A stretch of DNA of 64,000 bases from Deltaproteobacteria bacterium (GTDB lineage: Bacteria; Myxococcota_A; UBA796; SXON01), in contig CANLGL010000002.1 in the NCBI GenBank assembly GCA_947490345.1, positions 64,598 through 128,597 on the forward strand, given 5' to 3'. The notes below the pieces were generated by a model. The model was not told the DNA's origin. It did not search any database and saw only the letters and a list, made by a program, of their open reading frames with translations. Shown here one piece after another: positions 19,352-26,894 of this stretch. Within the stretch, counting starts at the first letter, position 1, and every line of letters begins with the position of its first letter. The translations under genes were made by a program, and so were the position numbers.

Positions 19352-22300
19352 AGAAGTTGTTGCTCCGACTCCTCCAGCTCACGGCGCTGCTTACCGTGGT
19401 GGGCGGCGTCGTCGGAACGTGGGCCTATCGAAAGTATGTGCTCAATGATCCGGGCCCCGCCTTTGAACGCGCGGCAATCCTCGAGATCATCGCGCAAGAG
19501 TCGCCCGTCTACTACCGGGACGGGGTCACGCCGATGGGGGTGTTCTTCGACCAGGAGCACCGGACCTACGTTCCCTTCGAGCGCCTGCCCGAGGACTGGG
19601 TGCACGCCATCGTCGCCTCGGAGGACGGGAGCTTCTGGGAGCACCCCGGCATCGATCCCAAACACATCCTTCGGGCGGTGCTCCAGAACATGAAGGCCGG
19701 CTCAGTGGTGGCCGGCGGCTCGACACTCACTCAGCAGACGGCGAAGAACCTGTTCTATCGTCCGGATCGCTCCTTTCGCGCCAAGGCCGTTGAGCTTGGA
19801 GACACCCTGCGGTTGGAGGCGCATTTCTCCAAGAAGGACATCCTTGAGTTTTACGCAAACCAGTTCCACGTCAGCGCCAACGGCCGTGGGATCGGGATCG
19901 CCGCGCGCTACTTCTTCGACAAGACGCCGGAAGAGCTGGAGACCAAGGAGTGCGCCTTCATCGCCGGGATGGTGAAGGCGCCCAGCCGTTACAACCCCTT
20001 CATCGGGCAGACCGAGGCGCGCCGGGAGGAGGCGCGGACGGCGGCGGAGAAGCGGACCGCCTACGTTTTGCGCCGGATGGCCGAGACCGGCGAGATCAGC
20101 GAGGCCCGCCGTGCCGAGCTGGAGGCGACGCCGCTGGCGTTCCGTCGAGGCAGCTTTCGCTACGACCGCAGCGTGGTCCTGGACGAGGTCCAACGTCGTC
20201 TGGAGGAGCCCAAGTTCATCGAACTGTTTGAGCGCGCGGGGATCGACAACCCGTCCACGGCGGGGCTCCGCATCGTCACCACCATCGACAAACACGCCGA
20301 GGCCGCCGCGACCTATGGGCTGTGGCACCATCTGTCGGAGCTCGGCCCCCAGCTGGAGCGCCCGGCGCTGGACGCGCTGCTCCTGCCGCCGGCGACCACG
20401 GCCGAGGCGTCGCCTGGGCAGGCGCTGGCGCCCCTGAGCTTCCACGCCGCGCGAGTTGAAGCCGCCGCGGCGGATGCCCTCACACTGGATCTAGGCGGCC
20501 GGCCGTGCACCGTGGATGCGGACGGCATTCGGCGTGTGGCCAAGGCGTTTGGTGCCAAGGCGGAGGCATTGGCTGCCGCGCTCGTCACGGGGCGCTTCGT
20601 GCTCGCGAGCGTGCGGGAGGACGGCGCCTCCTGCGATCTTGAGTACCGCCCGGGCCTGCAGGGCGCGGTGCTGGTCTTGGAGGATGGCCAGGTCCGGGCA
20701 ATGGTCGGGGGCAACGACAACCGACACCTGAATCGGGCCACGAGCGCGCGCCGCCAGTTCGGCAGCACCTGGAAGCCGCTCCTGTTCCTGGCGGCAAGCC
20801 AACTCGGTTGGCTTCCGACGGACGCCCTCGATAACCGTCGTAACGTATTTCCGTTCAGAGACGTATGGTATTTCCCGCGCGCCGACCACAGCGCCGACGC
20901 CTTTTTGTCGATGACCGCCACCGGGGCCCGCTCCGAGAACCTGGCGAGCGTCTGGCTGCTCTTCCACCTTGTCGACCGGCTCGACGACGCCCAGTTGGGA
21001 CGGCTCGCCGCGCAGGTCGACCTGTTGCCGCGAGAGGGCGAGGCCCCCGAGGCGTTTGCGGTGCGGATGCGCGACGAGGCGGTGATCCGGTCGAGCCCTG
21101 AGCGGTTTGCGGAGCTGGCGTTCACCCGAGCCCGCACCGATGTGTTGGCAACCCTGGGGTCAAGCCGCCATCCTGAGGATGCCCTGGCGGTCCGTTCGCT
21201 TTTGTACGGCCAGGGGGTCGCCGCGGAGCGCGCCCGCGTCCAGCGGACGGCGACATCTGCGGAGCGCGCGTCGCGACTAGTTGCGCTTGAGAACAACCTG
21301 GTCGGCCTGGAGGAGACCGCCGCTGCCTGCCTCGCGGGGCCGTTGGCCGCGCTCTCGTGGGACCCCGTTTCGCAGGCGCTTGCGTGTGGCAGGGCGCCAG
21401 CCGGCTTCGTCCCGTTGCCGCCAGAGGCTCTTGCCCTGGCCACGGCCAGCCGCGTGGAGCAGGCGCTGGCCTTCGAGGCGCAGGACGACCTGCTTGTCGA
21501 TGGGCGCGTCCACCTCGGCACCCTTCGTGCGCTCCGCGTGGCCGAGGACCTCCGCACGGCTGAGCTCGTTGGTCGCGACGCCTACGATGCTGATGTTCTG
21601 GTCCTCCACCCCGATTGGCGCGTGCTCGTCGGGGTCCGGAGCTTCATCCGCTTGTGCCATGACATCGGCGTGGAGGCCGAGCTTCCCGAGAACCTCACCC
21701 TCACGCTCGGCGCGGCGGACACCTCGCTCCAGGAAATGGCGAGCGCCTACCAGGCGCTGCTCGTAGGCGCCCGGTACCGCTTTTCCGGTGAGGGCTTCGT
21801 GGAGGGATCGGTGACGGGGATGCGCAGCACCTTCGCCCTTCCGGAGAGCGAAGAGGCGACCGCCCTGGTACAGGAAATCCGCGATGCCGGCGGCAATGTG
21901 CTGTTCCGCATGCAGAGCCGGACCGAACCCGTCGCTGATCCGCGCGCCGGGGCGATGGTGGGCGACATCCTCCGGAATGTCGTCCTGCACGGCACGGGGC
22001 GTCGGGCGTCGGGTGCCGCCGGCACCGAGGGCCGCCCGCTGACAGGAAAGACAGGAACGACGAACAACTATCGGAACGCAGCCTTCATTGGATTTGCGCC
22101 GATTCAAAACGGAGGGCTGCCGGTCTGGGGCGCTGCGTTCACGGTCGCCGCCTACGTGGGCAACGACGACAACACCCCGATGCGACGTGGCTCGTTGCGG
22201 GTGCAGGGAGCGAACGGGGCCCTTCCGGTCTGGTTGGAAACCGTGCGCCTCATGGGTGCTCGCGGGCTCCTCGGCACGGGAACGGCGGGTGAATACACGA

Positions 22301-22605
22301 TTCCGGACGGGCTCGTGCGCGTGCCGAGTCCCGACGGGCTGGGCTTTGATGGCGAGCCGCTCACCGCGCTTCGTCCGCCCGGAGACCCGCCCGAGCGGCT
22401 GATGGTGGTCCCCGGTGGGGAGGCGCCGGTGTCGCGTCAGCCCGCTGAGGCGCCGCCATCCGGCGCCCTGGCCCTGCCCAACGACACCGAGTTCGGCCCG
22501 CCCGAACCGGACGAAGGCGTCGATCCGGAAGAGGCACCTCCGCCGGCTGAGGAGCCCCCTTCAGCGCCCACCGACGACGACGCCAGCCTTGTTCTGCCGG
22601 AATAG
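19348..22605 (+). CDS. class A penicillin-binding protein (transglycosylase/transpeptidase)
   Basis: ATG 19348 forms an ATGA overlap with the upstream stop. The TM anchor is MKKLLLRLLQLTALLTVVGGVVG. GT51 motifs are ASEDGSFWEHPGID and GGSTLTQQTAKN. Transpeptidase motifs are STWKP (SxxK), SEN (SxN) and KTGTT. The C-terminal tail is Pro-rich. Confidence 0.92.
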   Translation: MKKLLLRLLQLTALLTVVGGVVGTWAYRKYVLNDPGPAFERAAILEIIAQESPVYYRDGVTPMGVFFDQEHRTYVPFERLPEDWVHAIVASEDGSFWEHPGIDPKHILRAVLQNMKAGSVVAGGSTLTQQTAKNLFYRPDRSFRAKAVELGDTLRLEAHFSKKDILEFYANQFHVSANGRGIGIAARYFFDKTPEELETKECAFIAGMVKAPSRYNPFIGQTEARREEARTAAEKRTAYVLRRMAETGEISEARRAELEATPLAFRRGSFRYDRSVVLDEVQRRLEEPKFIELFERAGIDNPSTAGLRIVTTIDKHAEAAATYGLWHHLSELGPQLERPALDALLLPPATTAEASPGQALAPLSFHAARVEAAAADALTLDLGGRPCTVDADGIRRVAKAFGAKAEALAAALVTGRFVLASVREDGASCDLEYRPGLQGAVLVLEDGQVRAMVGGNDNRHLNRATSARRQFGSTWKPLLFLAASQLGWLPTDALDNRRNVFPFRDVWYFPRADHSADAFLSMTATGARSENLASVWLLFHLVDRLDDAQLGRLAAQVDLLPREGEAPEAFAVRMRDEAVIRSSPERFAELAFTRARTDVLATLGSSRHPEDALAVRSLLYGQGVAAERARVQRTATSAERASRLVALENNLVGLEETAAACLAGPLAALSWDPVSQALACGRAPAGFVPLPPEALALATASRVEQALAFEAQDDLLVDGRVHLGTLRALRVAEDLRTAELVGRDAYDADVLVLHPDWRVLVGVRSFIRLCHDIGVEAELPENLTLTLGAADTSLQEMASAYQALLVGARYRFSGEGFVEGSVTGMRSTFALPESEEATALVQEIRDAGGNVLFRMQSRTEPVADPRAGAMVGDILRNVVLHGTGRRASGAAGTEGRPLTGKTGTTNNYRNAAFIGFAPIQNGGLPVWGAAFTVAAYVGNDDNTPMRRGSLRVQGANGALPVWLETVRLMGARGLLGTGTAGEYTIPDGLVRVPSPDGLGFDGEPLTALRPPGDPPERLMVVPGGEAPVSRQPAEAPPSGALALPNDTEFGPPEPDEGVDPEEAPPPAEEPPSAPTDDDASLVLPE

Positions 22606-22607
22606 GC

Positions 22608-22748
22608 GCGAGAGAGGGGGAGAGCGCCACGCGCAGCGCGTTATCCAACGCGCCGCGCGCCGGAGGCCGGAAAGCGCAGCTTGGAGGCTGGAGGGTATGG
22701 CGCGGTAGGGGAGAGGCCGTTGCGGCCTTTCCCCCGTTTCCATGATAG
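22608..22748 (-). repeat. intergenic repeat family, copy A (truncated, about 140 bp)
   Basis: Aligns by eye with copies B-F. Shared blocks are GGGGGAGAGCGCCACGCG..GCGCGTTATCCAACGCG..GGCCGGAAAGCGCAGCTTGGAGGC.GGAGGGTATGGCGCGGTAGGGGAGAGGCC-loop-GGCCTTTCCCCCGTTTCCATGATAG. Confidence 0.85.
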
Positions 22749-22757
22749 GCGCAGAGC

Positions 22758-23135
22758 GTGCTGGTATTGCTCGCCCTCGCCTGCGTGATCAAGCCCTACG
22801 GTCCGCCGGTGGGCGCGCTGCCGCCGACGCTGCCGGTAGTGGAGCCGGCCCCGCTCCCGATCGAGCCCCTTCTGTCGCGACTCGACAAGCTGCTGTCTGC
22901 GACGGATGAGGTGGACCGTCGAGATCGGTTGGTGGAGCTCCGTGACCTCCTCGTGGGCCTCGGGAGTGTGGACGGCAAGGCCCAGGTCCGGGTGTTGCGC
23001 TACGCGGAGCGGGTCCTGGTGGTCGAGGAGCGCATGCGGCCGTTCGACATGGCCGAGAGCCCGATGGAGCTGGCGATTGACCTGGAACCGGTCATCGAAG
23101 TCGAGATCGGGGAGACCCCGCCGGCGGTGCCATGA
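22758..23135 (+). CDS. hypothetical small protein, possible lipoprotein
   Basis: 125 aa starting at GTG, with an in-frame TAG just upstream. The N-terminus (M)LVLLALAC is very short. The stop overlaps the ispA start (ATGA). Confidence 0.6.
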   Translation: MLVLLALACVIKPYGPPVGALPPTLPVVEPAPLPIEPLLSRLDKLLSATDEVDRRDRLVELRDLLVGLGSVDGKAQVRVLRYAERVLVVEERMRPFDMAESPMELAIDLEPVIEVEIGETPPAVP

Positions 23136-23947
23136 ACGACGCGCTGGCGGCCTGGTCCCGGGGTCGGTTGATCGAGGTCGAGGCCGCGCTTGCCGAGGTG
23201 TGCGCCGACGCGGAACCGGGCCTCCGCGAAGCGCTGCGGTACCCGATACAAACCGGAGGGAAGCGCATTCGCCCGCTATTGTGCCTGGCCGCGGCGGAGT
23301 CGGTCGCCGCCGACGGGGCCGCCGCTCTGCAACCGGCGCTGGCGCTGGAATTGGTCCATACCTACTCCCTGGTGCACGACGATCTTCCGGCGATGGACGA
23401 CGACAACGAGCGACGCGGCCGCCCGACGGTCCATGTCGTTTTCGGGGAGGCGACGGCCATCCTCGTCGGGGACGCCTTGCTCACCGCGGCGTTCGAGCAC
23501 GTCGCCGACTCGCCGACCCTGGTCCGGGAGTTGGCGCGCGCCGCGGGCGGGGCAGGGATGGTCGGCGGCCAGTACCTGGACATCCGCGGCAACGTAGATG
23601 GCATCGATGCGCTCAAGCACTTGCACCGTCTCAAGACGGGGGCGCTGCTCAGGGCGTCGGTCCGCATGGGCGGCATCGTCGGGGGCGCGTCGGCGGCCGA
23701 GCTCCAGGCGCTGACCCTCTACGGCGAGGCGGTCGGGCTCGCGTTCCAGATCGCCGATGACGTGCTGGACGCCGATGAGGTCGCCGACGAGGCCGGGCCC
23801 CCCAGCTACGTACGCCTGCTCGGGGTGCAAGGCGCTCGGACCGAAGCCAGGCGATTGGTGGAGGAGGCTGCGGCTGCCGTCGGCCAGCTCCCTCGGCCCC
23901 AGGTTCTGGTCGCGCTGGCGGAGTTTGTGGCGGCGCGGGCCTTTTGA
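23132..23947 (+). CDS. ispA: (E)-polyprenyl (farnesyl/geranylgeranyl) diphosphate synthase
   Basis: First Asp-rich motif LVHDDLPAMDDDNERRGRPT. Second motif FQIADDVLD. Also GGKRIRP. Confidence 0.9.
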   Translation: MNDALAAWSRGRLIEVEAALAEVCADAEPGLREALRYPIQTGGKRIRPLLCLAAAESVAADGAAALQPALALELVHTYSLVHDDLPAMDDDNERRGRPTVHVVFGEATAILVGDALLTAAFEHVADSPTLVRELARAAGGAGMVGGQYLDIRGNVDGIDALKHLHRLKTGALLRASVRMGGIVGGASAAELQALTLYGEAVGLAFQIADDVLDADEVADEAGPPSYVRLLGVQGARTEARRLVEEAAAAVGQLPRPQVLVALAEFVAARAF

Positions 23948-23961
23948 GCGGGCGCCGCCGA

Positions 23962-24753
23962 ATGTCGGAACGCCTGGACGCCGCGCTGGTCCGCCGCGCC
24001 CTGGTCGCGACATTAGAGCGTGCGATCGAGGAGATCCGCGCCGGCAATGTCCTGGTGGACGACACGGTCACCGACAAGCCGGGCGTGCGGGTTTCCGAGG
24101 AGGCCAGTCTTCGACTCCGAACGGCGCCGCGGCGCTACGTGTCGAGGGGTGGACTGAAGCTGGAGGCCGCGCTCGATGCCTTCGCCGTGGACCCCGGGGG
24201 CCGCGCTTGCGTGGACCTGGGCGCTTCGACGGGCGGCTTCACCGACTGCCTGCTGCAGCGCGGTGCCGCCCGGGTCTTCGCGGTTGACGTGGGCTACGGG
24301 CAACTGGCCTGGACCCTCCGTCAGGACGCCCGCGTCGTGGTCATGGAGCGTACGAATGCGCGGCAGCTCACGACGCTCTCGGAGCCCGTGGATTTTGTCG
24401 TCGGGGACCTCTCTTTCGTGTCCATACGCAGGATGCTCCCGGCCATTCGCAGTTTGCTCGCCGGCGGCGGAGACGCGGTCATCCTGGTGAAGCCACAGTT
24501 CGAAGTTCCGAAGTCTCAGATCGCCGTTGGGGGGGTCGTGGTGGATGAGCACGCCCGCGCCGAAGCGCTGTCCTGCGTGGAAGATGCCTCCCGTGAAGCG
24601 GGGTTTTCCGTAGTCGCCCACCTCGAGAGTCCTGTTCTGGGGGCGAGGGCCGGCAACCGGGAGTGGCTGTTGCATTTGGTAGTTCCCCATGCCGCCGCGC
24701 CCGTCGGCTCGCCGAGCCATGAAACGCCTGGGCGGCATGGGGGACTGCGGTGA
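23962..24753 (+). CDS. tlyA: TlyA family rRNA (cytidine-2'-O)-methyltransferase
   Basis: S4-like N-terminus RLDAALVRRALVATLERAIEEIRAGNVLVDD, a SAM-binding segment CVDLGASTGGFTDCLL, and GNREWLLHL near the C-terminus. ATG 23962 is preferred over the track TTG 23944. The last roughly 24 codons lie inside repeat copy B. Confidence 0.88.
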   Translation: MSERLDAALVRRALVATLERAIEEIRAGNVLVDDTVTDKPGVRVSEEASLRLRTAPRRYVSRGGLKLEAALDAFAVDPGGRACVDLGASTGGFTDCLLQRGAARVFAVDVGYGQLAWTLRQDARVVVMERTNARQLTTLSEPVDFVVGDLSFVSIRRMLPAIRSLLAGGGDAVILVKPQFEVPKSQIAVGGVVVDEHARAEALSCVEDASREAGFSVVAHLESPVLGARAGNREWLLHLVVPHAAAPVGSPSHETPGRHGGLR

Positions 24754-24901
24754 GGGGGAGAGCGCCACGCGCGGCGCGTTAGCCAACGCGTCGGGCGCCG
24801 GGAAGTCCGGGTCCGGAGGTCGGAAAGCGAAGCTTGAAGGCCGGAGGGTATGGCGCGGTAGGGGGAGAGGGCGACGAGCCCTTTCCCCCGTTTCTTGATA
24901 G
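24680..24901 (-). repeat. intergenic repeat family, copy B (full length, about 220 bp)
   Basis: Runs from TAGTTCCCCATGCCGC..CCATGAAACGCC..GGCATGGGGGACTGCGG..GGGGGAGAGCGCC..GCGCGTTAGCCAACGCG..GGAGGGTATGGCGCGGTAGGGGG to the hairpin GAGGGC-GACGA-GCCCTTTCCCCCGTTTCTTGATAG. It matches the reverse complement of copy D along its whole length. Confidence 0.88.
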
Positions 24902-24941
24902 TGGAGCGTCGGAGCGTGCTAAGTTGAGCGAGGGAGCTTCC

Positions 24942-26891
24942 ATGTCGCCCTTGCTCTTGGTTTTGATGGTTGCCGGCTGCACCTGGATCGACGACGCGGA
25001 GCGCGACGGCCGCCTCGGTCAGGTGGACGACGACGGGGACGGCGTCCCGGCCTCGCTCGACTGCGACGAGGAAAACCCCAACATCTCCACGGCCCAACCG
25101 GAGATCTGGTACGACGGCACCGACGGCGACTGCGGGGGCGACGACGACTACGACCAGGATGCTGACGGCTATGTTCCCGTCGAGTTCGTGGCCCTGACGA
25201 CCCTCGGCGTCAAGGGCTCGGGCACGCTCACCGGTGGGGACTGCGACGATCAGGAGGCGACCGTGTCGCCGCAAGAGAAGGATGCCTGGTACGACGGCGT
25301 GGATCGGGCTTGCGATGGGGGCGACGACTACGATCAGGATGGCGACGGCTTCGTTCCCGACGAGTATGTTGGGCTCACGACGACCTACCTCGGCACCAGC
25401 GGGCTTTTGCCTGGGGGCGATTGCGATGACGAGAACAGCGCGATCCGGCCCGATTCGGTGGAGTCCTGGTACGACGGCCTCGACAGCGACTGCTCGGGAG
25501 AGAACGACTACGATCAGGACGGCGACGGCTACGTCCCCGACGAGTGGTTTGCCGTTGCGGGTGGACTGCCGAGCGGCGATTGCCACGATGGCGAGCCCGA
25601 GATCCACCCGGGCGCGACGGAGGTCTGGTACGACGGCATTGACCAGGCCTGCGACGGCGGGGATGACTTCGACCAGGACGCCGACGGCTACGTGCCGACC
25701 GTGCATCAGGGCAAGCAGACAGAGGATGTGGAGGGCACCGGGGATCTCCCCGGCGGGGACTGTGACGACGAGGATCTTTTGGCCCACCCCTACGCCAACG
25801 AGCTGTACGGGGACACCAACGATCGTGACTGCGACGGGGGGCGCGACAGCCTTGAACTGCGCGGAGTGACGGGGTTCACCTGGCTCAACCCCAACACACC
25901 GGTCTTCGTCGAGGCCCACGACCGGGTGTACCTGTCCGTCGCGGTCGAGCAGGTGCGAACCCCGACCAAGAGCTACTTCGACAGCGGCGTCGCGATGACA
26001 TGGGACCGGGGCTCCATCGAGAACGATCCCGCCGTGGTGGGTGAGTACTCCTGGGCGTCCAGCACCTCGGATACGAGCTTCGACGTCGGCACGGCCCATT
26101 CGCTGCGCCTGTACGACGACACGCTCGTCGGCGTCATCGGCCGGGCCACCGCCAGCAGCCGCGCCCTCGCGTTCGAAGCCTTCCCGTTGAGCTCTGGAAC
26201 CGGCGGGCAGTCAACCGCGCAGTCCGGACTCCCACCGGACGCCTTTTCGGCAGCCGATGTCTACATGGACAGTGCCGGTCGGATCTTCGGGGTCGGCTGC
26301 GACCCGGGCAGTAACGGCGTGCTCACCTACGCGCGCGTCGACGACATCACCAGTCCGAGCGCCACGGTTCACGCCAATGAGGCGCAGGGCGTCGGCGCGG
26401 CTTCGGACTGCGAGTTCGTCGATGGCGCCGAGCTCTCCTTGCTTCTGGCAGGCGCCACCACCCTCACCGAGGTGACCTTCGACGCCGACAGCGCCGCGCC
26501 GACCTTTGTATACGAGGACAGCACGGCCGACTGGGTTGCCAGTGACGTCGACACGAGCCGTCCCGAGAATCCCGTCTACGTGGTCGCGCTCCCCGAGCAG
26601 AGCGTGGTTTTCGTCGAGGCCTCAGGCGTCTCGGCGTTCGTGGGTCAAACGAGCGACGTGCCGGCCTCCGCGGCGGCCATCGAGCTCGCCGACGGGGACT
26701 ACCTCATCGGCTGGGTCAACGACGATGGCACGGCGCGGCTGGCCAAGGGGAGCGACGCGAGCGGAATCGCTTACATCGCGCTCAACTTCGATGGTGTTGC
26801 CACCGGAATCGCCCTGTGGAGCGATGAAGACAACGCCATGGTCGCGATCACCACCGACGATCAGGTCGCCGTCGGCATCTACGACTGGTAG
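24942..26891 (+). CDS. lipoprotein with Cys/Asp-rich tandem modules and a C-terminal domain of unknown function
   Basis: Track ORF trimmed to ATG 24942, because the upstream part lies in the repeat. The lipobox is MSPLLLVLMVAGC. There are 4-5 modules of about 55-60 aa of the form DCDD..P...E.WYDG.D..CDGG.DYDQD.DGYVP. A region of about 430 aa without recognisable motifs follows. Confidence 0.85.
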   Translation: MSPLLLVLMVAGCTWIDDAERDGRLGQVDDDGDGVPASLDCDEENPNISTAQPEIWYDGTDGDCGGDDDYDQDADGYVPVEFVALTTLGVKGSGTLTGGDCDDQEATVSPQEKDAWYDGVDRACDGGDDYDQDGDGFVPDEYVGLTTTYLGTSGLLPGGDCDDENSAIRPDSVESWYDGLDSDCSGENDYDQDGDGYVPDEWFAVAGGLPSGDCHDGEPEIHPGATEVWYDGIDQACDGGDDFDQDADGYVPTVHQGKQTEDVEGTGDLPGGDCDDEDLLAHPYANELYGDTNDRDCDGGRDSLELRGVTGFTWLNPNTPVFVEAHDRVYLSVAVEQVRTPTKSYFDSGVAMTWDRGSIENDPAVVGEYSWASSTSDTSFDVGTAHSLRLYDDTLVGVIGRATASSRALAFEAFPLSSGTGGQSTAQSGLPPDAFSAADVYMDSAGRIFGVGCDPGSNGVLTYARVDDITSPSATVHANEAQGVGAASDCEFVDGAELSLLLAGATTLTEVTFDADSAAPTFVYEDSTADWVASDVDTSRPENPVYVVALPEQSVVFVEASGVSAFVGQTSDVPASAAAIELADGDYLIGWVNDDGTARLAKGSDASGIAYIALNFDGVATGIALWSDEDNAMVAITTDDQVAVGIYDW

Positions 26892-26894
26892 TCG

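Noticed and set aside
22758-23135. Is the small gene upstream of ispA xseB, as in the common xseB-ispA arrangement?
   Set aside because: It is 125 aa with a hydrophobic lipobox-like N-terminus. It has no resemblance to the roughly 70-80-aa helical XseB sequences I know.
24834-24941. 5' extensions of ORFs into repeats: the lipoprotein ORF from 24834, and likewise uppS from 35660 and pyrH from 33605.
   Set aside because: The extensions lie in repeat DNA or overlap the upstream gene. Internal starts give canonical N-termini: a lipobox, the uppS motif spacing, and the pyrH LKLSGE spacing.
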